A stretch of DNA of 20,000 nucleotides from Neodothiora populina (GCF_041146345.1 NW_027191404.1:2776517-2796516); one strand, 5' to 3'. Positions 1-13,802 are shown, counted from the first letter of the stretch. The notes: generated by a model from the letters alone, not told the origin. Numbers and translations: made by a program.

Positions 1-1600
1 GTCTGTGTTCTGACCTGGCGCAAGGTGACCTGGCGCGTTCATCACGAAGGCTTTCATAATCCATGGACGGCGAGGAGCCTCGGCTATCCTTTGAGGCATG
101 ACGTCAAGTGATATAACAATTCAAGTAGATGGTCGAAGCGAAGAAAGCAGGAAGTTAATATCGCAGAAAGATCACAATCTCTAGCTCATCGTGAGATCAA
201 CCAAATCCGAGAGAGGAGGGCATCAATGCCTCTTGAATCTATCTAAGCTCCGATGACAGCTCTAGCTGATGGATTGGCAGATGTGGGTGTTCCAATGGCG
301 CCGTCTGTGACCCTCGCACGAAGAGCGCGACATGCATGTGTCAAGCTCTGTAAAAATCGAATTATAGTGTGAGATTGCGTGCTTTGATTAAGCAGCAATG
401 GATGCATGTGATACATTGCAGATCACAGATAACTTATCAAGTTATAGTATGGCTCGCTGTCGTACGAGTGCTACTATGGAAGTATTCGTGATGAAGGCTT
501 GACTACAAGTGACTATGTATGATTAGGTCCTACCATCGTTCTACTGTACTTGGAAACGAGGTCAGAGTATGATGAATGTTGGAAATAGTGCTTTGGAGAA
601 AGTCCGTCCTGCAGAGCTGCTAGATTAGGATGAGATAGGCCCGTATTGTTCTCAGACGATACATCAGACTCGGTTTACTATCCAGATCACATTCTTCGCT
701 CTGCTATTGGGTGTTAATTACCGTCCCAGAACTGGCTTGCGACGAAATGCAATGCCCGTGGGGTATAGCTAGAGGAGCTAGCATCTCAACGCTATCAGTG
801 ACAGTTTCATACATTGACAGGGCTGACGGCAGTCGGACACAATGATGTAGAAATAAATAGCAAGTAGTATGCAGATCGTTTGGCAAGCTTACAGAGTACG
901 CGTGGTAGTAGTCACGCAGTTGATCGAATAAGGACAGCCTCGGGCGCAGACTACGTTACCTTACAGTGCTATCGGGAAAACCTCGGATGTATCTGGATCC
1001 CCTCACGGATGTCGCGCCCCTACTGAGCACCAGTCAACCTCTAGACCTTCGATCTGCATAAGTTGATTACTATGTGAGCACTGTTGATGTACCGCATCAC
1101 TGCCTGAATGCTGGACGTCGGATGCTCTTCCCACGGACCGTGAAATTTGGGGTGGAATATAAATTTCTTGTGAACACCCCTCAGGCAGAATTGGGGTATA
1201 TTGCATAAACAACGCAAGAAAATGACTACGTGTGCTCGTCGTTCAATGTATGGTATTTTGGTTTGGAGAGCAGCGCTATCCAAAAGTGCTACGAATTGAT
1301 CGCACACACTATATGGAGTCGAATGGGAGCGTCTCCATATCGCCGTTTATGTGTATATGAGGTATGGTGAGCTTACTACGTGTTTCAGCATCCAGATTGC
1401 GTGGCCACATATCATCTGCACTAAGACGAGCCATGATGATTTGTCTCCACAGGCCAGTCTTGCGAGCTCTCGACGCAGCATGATGCCATCGGGTATTATA
1501 GACCATCTTCACGACATACATAAAGCGAGAGCCGCGATGAGGCATGGTTCATTCCATCAGCTCCTTCATCTCGTTCAAGAGCCCCCTACAGCTCTCGACC

Positions 1601-3100
1601 ATGGAATTCGAAGTTGAACGACACGAAGAAAAGTACCATGGCGGAGTCAGTGAACGTCTTCATAGATTCTATCGCGGGACAACATTCCAGGCCATCATTC
1701 TTGGCTTGGTAAGTTTTACACAACCAGGAATATGGACTGCTCTGAATAGTATGTAACAAAGTTCAAAAGAGCTCAGGCAGACCAGCTGACTCGAATTAGA
1801 CCTTGGTGCTGGCGGACAAGCGTCCCCTCAAGTTGTGAATGCGGCTAATGTGCTTACTTTCGGTATCATGGTATTTTTCTGTCCCCTTTGCGCCGTCTTC
1901 GGCAATCGTTTCAATCTCAAATGGGTGCTGGTTTTCGGGACCATTGGCTACGTACCTTATTGTGCTGCTCTATACACAAACACCGTGTATGGCAATGAAT
2001 GGTTCCTGATCTTCGGCGCTGCTACATGTGGTTTCTCCGCTGCAGCATTGTGGACCGCAGAGGGCGCAATAGTCGTTGGATATCCCGAGGCCGATCGAAG
2101 AGGCTTCTGCGTAGCTATTTGGCTTGCTCTGAACAAGATCGGGTCTCTGATAGCTAGTGGCATTCAGCTAGGCCTCAACGTAGAGTCCGACAAGGCGGGA
2201 GGCATCAGTCCACAGACCTATCTCGTTCTCGTAGGTCTCACCTGCGCAGGACTGCCTCTAGCCTTCCTGCTTGCACCATCCAATAAGCTTATCAGAAGAG
2301 ACGGTAGCAGACCACATGCGAGATCGACCAAGACACCGATGAAGCAAGGATTCGCTGATTTCTGGACAGTCTGTAGAAGCAGACACATCTACATGCTCGT
2401 TCCCATCTTCATCACTGCACAGTGGGGTCAGACGTATAACGGCAACTACTTGGCCGCCTACTTCTCAGTCCGAGGCCGTACTCTTGCGGGATTAATCGTG
2501 ACACTTATCGGGATCGCGGTCAACTTCCTTGCCGGAGCCTTCATGGACTGCAAATACCTACGGCGCTCAACACGCTCGAGATGCATGTGGCTGTTCATAT
2601 TAGTCACATACGTCGGCGGCTGGATATATCAATTTTACACCCAGGCCATGTACGAGAGGCAAGATCCTAGACCAGTCTTTGACTGGTCTTCGCCTGAGTA
2701 CGGGCGGGCAATCGGGGCTTACTTCTTGTATAGGATCGGCTACGAGTGCGCAGGACCATGGATGTACTGGGTTCTGGGAACGTATGACACGGAATTTGAC
2801 ACGCTAGCGTTGACAGCCGCACTGCTTCGCGCAGGCGAGTCGCTGGGATCGGCGTGCAGTTACGGAGTTGGTGCTAGTAATGCTAGTCTCATGACGAATC
2901 TTATTGTCGCCGCCGTTGTCTGGTTCGCCTCGGTGCCGTCGGCGTCGTACAGTGCGTGGATTGTCCAAGATGTGCGCACCGGAGGAACGTTGGAGGGTAG
3001 GCTTGCAGACGACTCGTCATCATCAAGTGAGCGATGGAGAGGGGATGCTGATGGCAAGGTCGTCGAGGTTAATGGAAAGATTATCGATGGTGACGTGTAA
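1601..3100 (+). CDS. UNC-93-like (DUF895-type) MFS membrane transporter, 2 exons (1601-1748, 1800-3100), apparently intact
   Basis: A 51-nt intron at 1749-1799 (GTATGT...GCTGAC...TAG) joins the two ORFs in frame, giving GLVSFTQPGIWTALNNLGAGGQASPQVVNAAN. This motif, LWTAEGAIVVGYPE and YLAAYFSVRGRTL are typical of fungal UNC-93-like MFS proteins. Many hydrophobic helices. An in-frame upstream ATG at 1544 is an alternative start. Confidence 0.88.
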
Positions 3101-4065
3101 TCAATATCTATAATGAGTAGCGCGACTAAAAATCTTCAATATGACTACTTGTACATTGCCATCTATCAATTCATTATCGCCGCGCAATTTCGAAGATTTC
3201 ACCATTGATCCTTATTCCGGAGCCCTCTGCACCCCAAATTGAGGTAATGTAGCGACAAGCTGACGAGGATCAGGACCGTTGCAACCTTTTTCAGAAAATC
3301 GAAAGTTTTCTTCATCACCCCCGACTTACAGCGGACTCATACAAGGTGAGGCCGCTGGTTCTCATAGGGACGGGCCCAGACGCGAAAAGAACCCGAGTAT
3401 GCCATCAGACAAATCATATCAATTCAGCTGGACGTCCATAATTGCGTGATAGTACGTGGACGAGCCCATCGGCTGTTTGAAATTTGACAACAGGCTTCGC
3501 GAACATAGGTAGTTTGTCGACCCCAATACAAATGTACGCATTATACGATATCTTTGATTAAAAACATACTGTTATTCGTTAGAAAAGTAATTGGAGTCGC
3601 CTAGCGTAGAAAGGCAAACTGTAAGTAATCGTTCCAATTTTTGCTTATACAAGTAGAGTTGACCACTATTCTTAATGTGCGAACGCTTCCATTAGCACGA
3701 CGGCATATATCAAGCCATGTGTATATTCCAGAACAGGCGTTGTTATCTTTGAATCCGTGGTGTTGGTACTAGCGATCGTTGCCTTGCAGGTTCTTATCTC
3801 GTCTCACAGGGACCGTACTGATCAAGCGGCTAATGCTCCTGTGTTATGCAGACCATTCCCACCTGCCTATTATTGCAAGTGGAGCCTCTGTATCGTTCGT
3901 TCAGTCGAAGAGGTGGTAATAAAGCAACGCCGCAGCGGCCACATACATCACGCCACAGTGCAGGTACATATATTATGTCAGTCCTAGCACACCACATGCC
4001 TTGATTCTGGCTGCCTTTCAAACCGTTCCATACGTGGCACTGGTCACAAAAGCGAACACACGAGA

Positions 4066-5950
4066 ATGTCAACCGAAACGACCTTCCATGCCGATGAGCA
4101 TACGCCCCTGGTTGGAGATGATAGCCTTGATTTATCAGCGTCAAACACAGACACGTCAACCTCCAACGGGAGAGTCCCAATTAGAACACAGCTTGTCGCA
4201 ATTCTGTTCGTGTGCGTTCTCTACTTTGATGTGTACGTCTGCCCTGCACCGGAGACCAGCATCCGCGAAGAAATCATCTGCAAGACGTATTATAACCGGC
4301 TCGATAAGGCCACATCTGCGACGGATCCAGCTGAGCTTGATTGCACAGTTGATGACGTGCAGAAAGAGTTGAATCTAGTGAATCAAGTCTATGTCACCCT
4401 TACGCAAATACCAGGTAAGATCCGAACTTCAGTTGAGATTGGGGACTTGCCTGTACATGACTACATCCTATAGACACATGCATTCTAGAAGGAATGGTTT
4501 TCACGCTACAAAATCAGGGACTAAATTCTCGCAATAGGTTTCCTCCTTGCCCTTCCTTATGGCATTTTAGGTACCGGGTCTTTAGATCGATTTTATCTTG
4601 CTGAATTCCCACAATAGCCGACCGAATTGGTCGCAGAAAAAATCTCTCTCTCTGCATCGTAGGAATCACCTTATGCGACACTTTCAAATTGCTCTTTAGT
4701 AAGTAGCCACCCGGTTGCAATACTGTCATTAGCGTTGTATTAACAAGGTAAGCTTGGCAATCGGATCTCTTTCCCTTGAGAGCCATATGGCTAGCGCCTC
4801 TGTTCAGGCTTATTGGAGGTGGAGATGCCGTTGCTGCAACAGTAATTCTAGCGGCATTGGCAGACGTCTACTCAGAGGAGGAAAGGTCAGCCTTGCTGAT
4901 CATTTTGTAGACACTTGGAGGTGCTGACATATAACTAGAGCGACTGTGTTTGCAAGAGTGGCTTCGGCGGCAACTGCTTGTGAACTTTTGTCACCACTCA
5001 TCGGATCTGCCCTAATGCTGAAAAATCCGTGGATTCCAGTTGTTCTAGGATTTGCAATGCTCCCATTAGGCGTTTCTCTAACACTCATGCTGCTGCCGGA
5101 GACGCTCGTACAGCGACCGACTTTGGAAGATGGTGTTGAGGCTCGCGCCGTAGCTAAGATGCATCCATTCAAATCTCGAGATATAAGAGATCGAATCTTG
5201 GCCATGTTCGCAGAGTTTCAGCAATGTCTCGTGTCGCTGCTCGCTATTGAATATGTCACTTTCCTTCTGTTTGGTTTCTTTGCAGCTACCGTCGGTAGTC
5301 TAGCTGCTGGTTTCGAGCTGCAATACGTCCACAAGCGTTATGGTTAGGGATATGTCTACGTAAGTCTCGATTTTGCATTAGCTTTTAATCTACGGTTTAA
5401 CCTACTAAAGTCTCAATTAACATATCCTCAGGCTGGCTCTGTATTAGCTATAAGACCATTTATAACCCTTGTCGTGCTTCTGATTCTCATACCAGCAGCC
5501 ACCAAGATCCTCGTCGAGAGGTTCGGTATTGCAAGTGCTCGGAAAGATCTTCTCCTAGCACGCGCTAGCGTTGCATTACTCACTATCGGTACGCTACTCC
5601 TAAGCGTCTCCGAAGTCTCTTCCCTCGCCGTCCTGTCCTTTGTTATTTTTGCGCTCGGAAACGCCTTCCCTACCATAGGAAAAAGCTTGCTCACCACTCT
5701 CGGCCCCCCCGAAATGGCTGGAACCCTATTGTCCGCGATGAACGTCAGTGCCGCCCTTGGAGCAGTAATTGCTGGGCCAGTTATCACTGTTACCTTCAAT
5801 CTAGGTCTGAGGTGGGGCGGAGTATGGGTTGCGACGCCTTTGTTCTTCGTTACGCTACTCTATGCATTGACCTTCGGCTCCATGTGCATAATGAAGGCTC
5901 CGCACAAGCACGAGGATGATGCTAGCGAGGAAGAAGCAAGGGAGGGTTGA
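4066..5950 (+). pseudogene. MFS transporter, 6 exons (4066-4414, 4538-4570, 4618-4698, 4753-4885, 4939-5359, 5432-5950) with one premature TAG at 5345-5347
   Basis: Manual splicing at GT/AG sites gives a continuous frame: QIPGFLLALPYGILADRIGRRK (MFS motif A), FPLRAIWLAPLFRLIGGG, LADVYSEEERATVF, LQYVHKRYG*GYVYAGSVLAIRP, ARKDLLLARAS. The only lesion seen is the TAG, where family members usually have Trp (RYGW). Confidence 0.8.
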
Positions 5951-7266
5951 ATATCGAGGATATGTCAATCTTGTACTAGCTACAATGAGTGCCGAGTGGG
6001 TCAGGCGTGATCGAAACACAGTTTGAATTGATGGCATATAAACATGAGATCCCTTGTTACGGAGGGGCTAACTAGGCCCGAGTTCTGTACGCCCGACTCA
6101 ATTTCAGTCCTCTGGTGATATATTTTGATACACATCAGATCTCCGCACTGATGGCTCGAGATGTGCGGCTTATCAGAGAGTAGAGCTTCGAGAAGCAAGA
6201 ATTGGTCCGGAGTGTCTATTTATTTATTTCATCGCGATACTTCCATGCGTGTGAGGCTCCTGGCGAGTTTATCATTGCTGCTGATTGTACAGCATGTAGC
6301 TCCGTGGCAAGAAGAGCAATACGATCTATTCACGACTGTGTGATACCCACTGCATGCACTTGCGACATAACTACTACGCAGTAATTTGCGCATTTGACAT
6401 GAATTCTAAGGAAAGGCAACGGTCTCATGGGGCCAGCTTCAATGGCTTCTAGGCTGTTTTCGACTTACTTGTGCAGTACCTGCAATACGCTAGCAGCGTC
6501 AACTCAAGCTTGGTGCATCAATCATTTATACCTCTTCTGGGATTGAAAAGAATTGAGAAGAGCGTGTACAAACTTCTGTTGTCGTCTCCTCGACTCTTAA
6601 AGATCTACTTCCCGTTTTAGGAAATAAAAAATGAGCCCTGTGAAAGATTACAGAATCTCCTCGATAATTATGCTACAAAGATAAGCGTTCGGCACGAAAC
6701 TCTGTTCGAAGAGATATATGGGCTAGCGCCATAACGTTGTCATGAATGACTTGGCATGCGAATTAAGGTGTAATTAGCTGCGCTGCAAGATAAGGTAGAG
6801 TACCTTAACCTTGAAGGTAAGGTGTGTTGCCGAGCTCCGGTGAGGGTCATCCATCGCTACTATGCAGCTGCAGCTTCGATATGTACGTCCACTGATACTG
6901 TAACATGAGTGGCCAATACTGACAAAACAACTGCTGGGAGTAGTCTGGTAGTATTGTAGATGACTCAAGTAATAGAACTTCGGTGATCTCCGTCAAATAG
7001 GTGGCGCGAGTCGACAGACATGGTAGGTGGCAGTGGGCGCTTTCGAGCTACTCAGCCCACGCTTGTCTGTGAATGCTGCGACGAAGACAAATAGGTCAGC
7101 CAAATCATAGCCATCCGCTACTTTGGCCTCTACGCGACAGCCAGCCGTCTGCTTCAGCCATACATCACATCTCTTCCAGTCGAACATCTTGCACTGCACC
7201 TTTGATCAATCTAAGAAACCCTTGATGAGAGTAGGAATCGGAAATGCGTGAATAAACAGACTAACT

Positions 7267-10200
7267 ATGAGTTTCCGTTGCCCGCACGATGCGGACCATT
7301 CCTTCGGCCCTCGTGTGTCACCAGAGTGTCGTTCCTTCGATTTTACCCTGCTCTTCGAGCCACAACTAAAGCCTTCACCAATATAGTCATTGATCACGAT
7401 GTATATGGTCACCAACTTAGTATCACTCGTCTGCATGGGCACTGCGCAGATCCCTAAGATGCGTACCACTGTGCTGGCCACAACACTCGATTTGATAGTG
7501 GCGGCATGCATGCTTCCTCTATCGCACCTTGAGCATGTCAAAACTTTCAGACCATCTAGTCTGCTCTGCGCCTTTTTATTCATGGCTCTGCCTCTCAACA
7601 TCGCGCAGACCCGCACTTATTGGCTATTTCCCGACCAATGGACGGTTTATGCCGCATGCTATACTGCAACTTTCACGCTTAAGGCCCTCATTTTGATTCC
7701 GGAATAATCATGGGATAAGACTCGGCTGCTGTCGACAAGTGACCGAGAGAGAAGTCCCGAGGAGAGGGCAAGAATCCTCAAGAGAAGAGTATTCGTTTGG
7801 CTCATGTCCTCTTCATCAAGGGTTTGCGGAACAGCTTCAGCTTTAGCGATCTCTATGCCGCCGATGAAGCCTTGCGCTCTCGAGTGCTTTCTGAACGACT
7901 GCAAAGGTCTTGGGGTATCAGTAGTAAGTACTTGATTGAGACACATGCATTTTGATACATTTTCTCACGCGGAACATCAGGCCACAAAGGACGCTACGAT
8001 TTAGCTTGGTCAATGTTTCGAAGCTTGTTATGGCCACTGCTGCGGCCAATAGCCCCACACTTGATTCTCATTGCCTTCAAGTTCTCCCAGCCTTTCCTTG
8101 TTCAAAGAGTGTCGGATTACCTCAGTCATAGTGATGCAGCTAGTGATGCCGTGATCGGTCATGGCTTGGTCGGCGCTTACGGTCTGGTATACATCGGACT
8201 AGCGGTGAGATACGCTGTGATGTGCTTTAGGCGAAGACTAATATGTTGCCCAGGTTAGCAAAGGTTGCTACTGGCACTATCAATATCGTTTTATCACAAT
8301 GGTGAGAGGTGCTTTGGTGAGCATTATTTACCAGAAAACCCTCTCTGTCGATGCAGCTTTAGTGTCCGGCTCGCAAGCCACCACATTGATGAGTGCTGAC
8401 ATCGAACAAATCGCTGTCGGACTCCAGTCGTTGAATGAGCTTTGGGCGAATTTTGTAGAAGCCATTGTGGGGCTGTGGCTTTTGGAGCGACAGATTGGTC
8501 TATCGTTCTTAGCAGCGGCCATCATAGCAATAAGTGAGCCTTACAAGAATTGCAACAAGAAAGCACTGCTGATCCTTTCCAGTCTGCGCAGTCCTTGCGT
8601 CGATCGTTGCTGGCGTTGCTGCATCTCGTCAGAAGCACTGGTTAACGGCAATGGAGCGACGAATACACGAGACCACAAGATTCCTGCAATCCAGCAAGAG
8701 CATTAAGATGCCGGGTCTCGAAGACAAGGTGTCGGAGACCATTGCGTCACTGAGAGCAGCTGAACTTCGGAAGGGCGTGCATTGGGTTAGTCGGACTATC
8801 CATCTATGGAGGACACGATGTCTTGACAAAGAACCATTCCCGCACAAACCTCAGCTGGCCATGGTGCACTAGCACTAGGTAAGCAAGCTATCTCGGAAGA
8901 ACCGAATCATCAGCTGACACCGTAAGCCTTTATACCCCAGCTTCTAGGACCCCCTGTCGTGTTCGGTCTGTTCATCTTCACACAAGAAGAGTGACGCAGC
9001 ATTAAACACCATACGTCTTTTCGGATCACTAGCTATTCTGTCATTGGTAACGATCCCCCTCAACAATCTCTTTCAAACGCTAACAGCAGTGAGTGCAGCT
9101 TTCAGTTGCCTTTATCGATTTCAGACTTATCTGCGACTTGCCGATGTCAGAGATACCCGAGATGTCAACAAGCCAGATGTCTCAATCGTGGCTCAATCGG
9201 TGGAAAACGCAACTCCGGCATTCACAATCCGTAATGGCGCATTCTGTTGGAAGGCTGATACCCAACCAGTCCTGCAGAATGTCAATTGCTCGCTGCTACG
9301 TGGCAAGTTGACGTTACTGATCGGCCCTGTCGGTTGTGGGAAGTCGACACTCCTGCAAGCACTCCTCGGAGAGATGGTTCCAGCTCGAGGTGTCGTTGAA
9401 CACTCGGCCTCCAAGATTGTCTTCTGTGCGCAGGATCCGTGGCTGACAAATTCGACGATTCGCTCGGCCATTATCGGAGCCTCAGATGTTGATGATGAGT
9501 GGTACACAACTGTCTTGAACGCGTGTGACTTGACTGAAGACATGGCTAGTGTGCCGAGAGGAGATAACACTGTTACAGGAAGTTCGGGAAGCGCATTGAG
9601 TGGTGGACAAAAGCAAAGACTGGTGAGTCACTCTCTGCAGACCCTGTATTCCTAAATCCTCCTTTCGGCTTCGTTGACCTCGCCAGACACTCGCACGAGC
9701 AATTTACTCTAGGGCACCTGTATTCTTGTTAGATGATATTCTCAGTGGCCTCGATAGGCGCACAGAAGAACGCACCTTGGCAAATCTTTTCAGCCCCGAC
9801 GGACTGCTTAAGAAGGCGCTCCAGAGCACAGTAGTTCTTGTTACTCATGCTAGTAGGTCTTGCTGCCCACTATCGAGCTCAATCTCTGACAGTCATATAG
9901 AAAGACATCTTAGGTTAGGCGATCATGTTGTTGCGATAAATGCGGCCGGCAATGGGACCAAGGATGGTCCCCCGAGTCACTTCGAGAATTGTATGGATAT
10001 GATTTTACGTGACAAGTCCCACGATGACGAGACGTCGCAACCTGCATTAAACTTCATGAGCATGCTTGTCAGTCAGCAAGCGGGTCAAGCACCGGAACTA
10101 CCAACAGAACCCATAATTATCGAAGACACGACTCTTGGACTTTCCGACGGCGAAGTGTTTCTTCATTACCTTAGAGCCGTCTCTGTTCCATTGTTTTTCC

Positions 10201-12354
10201 GTTCATTTTAGGATTAGCCATTGCCGGCTTTCCGGAAAGATTTCCTAGTAGGCTCCTCCTCCCTCAGCCTTCCATTTCGTTATGTTTAAGTCCGAAGTTA
10301 ACTTCAGGCCCCGAAACGTATCTCAGAGGAGTGCTTGGTTAGGCTGACGACTTTCAACCTTTTAGCATACAGGTCCCAAGTATGGGGTGAAGCCAACGAA
10401 AAAGCTCCAGGATCTTCGAACAACAGATTTTATTGGGGTGTCTTTACTCTACTTCAATTACTCGCATTGATCGATGTGCTTTGGGCAGTATGGTGGGAAT
10501 ATTTGCAAACCGTGTCTCGTTCTTAGAAGCCTCTAATACTTGCAGGCATCTATTTATGTTCATCATCCCTAGGTCAGGTAAACGTCTACATGGTTAGTAG
10601 CTCTATCTATATACCCTTCCATGAAACCATGAGATTGTTCTATGTCTGTCACTAAATACGAATGCAGCGGAATTACTAGCAGCTGTTCTAGGCGCGTCAC
10701 CCGCATTCCTCAGCCGAATGGATGTCGGAACCATTACGAACAGGTTCCCGCAAGATCTGCTACTAATAGACACTCGGCTGCCAATTTCACTCCTCAACTC
10801 TGGTTCTTATCTGGCGGCAGCCATCGTAAGGCTCGCTCTGATAGCTTCGGCGTCGGTGTTGATATTGGCCACTGCTCCTTTCCTCTTTGCGGTACTCTAC
10901 CTGGCCCAAAGATTCTACCTTCGCACCTCAAAGAGCATGAGGCTGTTCGATCTCCTGGCCAAAGCGCCCCTGTGTTCACACTTTCCTGATGCGCTTAAAG
11001 GCTTGGCGACCATCCGCGGCTTCGGGTGGACGGAGAAGCTCCGAGCTGACAACGATATACTGCTCGACACATCTCAACGGCCGTACTATCTCACGTACTG
11101 TATTCAGCGTGAGTACCACTATGCGTCGGCTTGTCGAGATATTGATCACTGACACAATTCCTGTGCAAGTTGGTTGACATGCGTTCTGGACCTCGTGGTT
11201 GCCGGCCTCGCCGTCACGGTCATGGGACTCGCAGTGGCATTTCGGCATAGAGGGAGCGCACCTACTTTTGGTTTGGCCTTACTGAATCTCAGATCTCCCG
11301 GGTCAACCCTTGAGGCGGTCGTCACAGAGTACACTCAGCTCGAGACATCGAATGGGCCTGATGCAAGGATCAAGAACTTTTCCGATACCACGCCACGAGA
11401 AGCTACTACTACTTCATAGGGCGCTGCTGTTGATACTTTCCCAGAAGGAGGTATAGAGCTCTTCGAAACCTCTGAAGCCAACCATACTGTTGTGGAATTC
11501 AAGAATGTGATCGCAACTTCCGGGTAAGTGATGTGCCATCGATAGATCAACAAATTTAAACGTCTTCGGATGCGTAGCTCAAGCGGACGAAGAGTACTCG
11601 ACGGCCTGTCTCTGAAATCCCGCACGGGCGAGAAATTGGCCATCTGTGGGCGAAGCGGAAGGTCGGAACTCTCTTTGTTTTTGGAATCCGAGATGATGGC
11701 CATGTTTCTGACTCGATGACAGTGGAAAATCAACCTTACTTCAGGTATTGCTCAAAATATTGGACGTTTCCGAGGGTAGTCTCGTGGTCCTGGGAAAGGA
11801 CACCACATACATACCACCGCGTATCCATCGTAAAAGGTTCAATACGATTCCCCAAGAATCATACTTCTTTCAAGGCACCTTTCGAGAGAATCTGACCCGT
11901 GGCGATGACGTCCGCGACGATCTAATTTTACGAGCCCTCAGTAAAGTCGGTTTGCAGCAGAAAGTCCTGGGCCTTGGTGGAATTGATCATGATCTCGAGC
12001 CAGAAACGTTCTCGTCGGGCGAGTGTCAGCTCCTATCCCTAGCTAGAGCAATTCTGCATCCCACCAAGATTCTCTTGCTTGATGAAGCGGCGAGCAGGTA
12101 AGTGCCAGCCCTAGTTTTTTTTCTTACCATGATCAATTTCCTTCCATCTGAGTGCAGCCACTAATAAATGCAGTGTCGATGCCAAGACGGACAAGAAGAT
12201 GGACGACATCATGTGGGAAGAATTCAAGTCAGACACCATTATTGCCGTGTTACACAAGCAGGAGGCGTTACACCGCTTTGATCGTGTGATCATCCTCGAT
12301 CAAGGCAAGATCGCGTATCAAGCGCGACCTCCTGAATTGCAGCTTGCAAATTGA
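7267..12354 (+). pseudogene. ABCC/MRP-type ABC transporter pseudogene (TMD0-TMD1-NBD1-TMD2-NBD2), multi-exon
   Basis: N-terminus MSFRCPHDADHSFGPRVSPECRSFDFTLLFE is typical of fungal ABCC proteins. NBD1 has Walker A GPVGCGKS (9323-9346), signature LSGGQKQR and Walker B LLLDD. NBD2 has Walker A GRSG/SGKS split by intron 11662-11722, and ILLLDEAAS/SVD. Ends ...DQGKIAYQARPPELQLAN at TGA 12352-12354. In-frame stops at 7384-7386, 7705-7707 and 11417-11419; apparent frameshifts near 7804, 8985 and 10200. Confidence 0.9.
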
Positions 12355-13802
12355 TGTGACAGCGAGCGACTATCGAGCATAAACAGCATACTATGCACAG
12401 ACATAAATTCATATGGCGCAGCGCAGAGGTCTCGAATTTGTCAAAGTGAAGTAGCTTATGCTGTGTCCATTACCACTTCGGCTTCAAAGGATTAAGATCT
12501 TGTCTTTTATCTTCCTTCCACTGATATACATTCTGATATCATGCAGAGCAAATCTATAAAGAGTGCTCTCGTAAAGCACGTGCATATGTAGTTTGCTGAA
12601 GTGGTTTCCGTCGAGCTTGAACCTGATTATGTAGGACTTGCCAGTCCTCTTGTATGTTGTCTAATCTTGCACGACCGAACCATGGCGCCAGCTGATCTGC
12701 GATCCTTATAACATTATAGAGCATTGCTATTCACCTGTATCCTTGTCCGGATGTTTGAGATTGTGGGCAACCCTCTGACGTGGCCCACGATGACATCTTG
12801 CCTCCCATGTAGCCAGTGTATGTCAAAACAAAGCTACGAAGCAATACCCTCGGATCCAAGACCAGCTTTTGGAGTCTTGCGCAGGGTCATACGTGCAGGT
12901 AAGCAGCGCTAGGAGAAGGACGACGCAACAGCATATTGCGGTATTTGTATGTCCAGACGATGTTAAGGTTGAAGAAAAGTCTGGGCTTAGTATAGGAAAA
13001 CCAAAACGAGCGAAAGGCTGCGAGGGGATGCCGTAAGTTGTAGTGGAAGACATTGTTACTATCATGTCGTTGACAGGACTACTTGACTTTTATTCATCAC
13101 TCATGTTGGAAGCAGTCAGTCTGCTGTGGAGTTATGTATGATGTGGTACAAAATTGCTGTGGGAGAAGTGGAATCGAGCAATAATCTTAGAAGCGGAGAC
13201 GTATATAATCAAAATGGATTAGCTGCAAGACAAGTGCATCTAGGATGACTATAAATCGCAGATCACTTTGCCCGTTCTGCCGATTCCGTATAGGACGCCG
13301 AGGTTCTGCATTGTTCGGCATGAGCTTCATATAATATTTGCAGGTCAACTTAGATCTACAGTACCTCAGGTGTGCAAACCAGGCGACCCATGTTGCACCG
13401 ATAGGACCTGATCAGCTAATTTGCAATACAGCTCAAAATCCATTGGCGTCTACAGGGTGAATGATCAAAAAGTGCTACAAGATTTATCGCTGCTGATCTT
13501 GATCACTTTCTGGGATATGAGTCTACAGGATTAAGATGCTAATGCAAATGACATACATGACTTTGAATATCTCCAATACCTTAGTATGAATGTCCACAAC
13601 TCATGCAGTTGTAAAACAGAGATTAGGTGAGCTACAAAGAAACTTCTAGCAATGCAATACTGTAGACCTCAGATATCTGTACTAGAGTATGAATTTCTAA
13701 GCTATAGAGAAAGTAACACCACGTTGATCGTTTCCCGCTAGACGTCCATCCTCAAGCACAGAAACTCCTCTCAATTCCTGGATCCGTCCTATGAAAATAC
13801 AT

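Noticed and set aside
11..36. 11-bp direct repeat TGACCTGGCGC with a 4-nt spacer
   Set aside because: Only two copies at the window edge with no context. It is not CRISPR-like and no function can be supported.
5342..5349. GGTTAGGG telomere-like 8-mer overlapping the MFS premature stop
   Set aside because: A single short match explained by one substitution in TGG. It is not an interstitial telomere array.
12823..13065. 80-aa minus-strand ORF with a hydrophobic stretch, possibly a membrane-anchored gene remnant
   Set aside because: No recognisable motif and no spliceable continuation.
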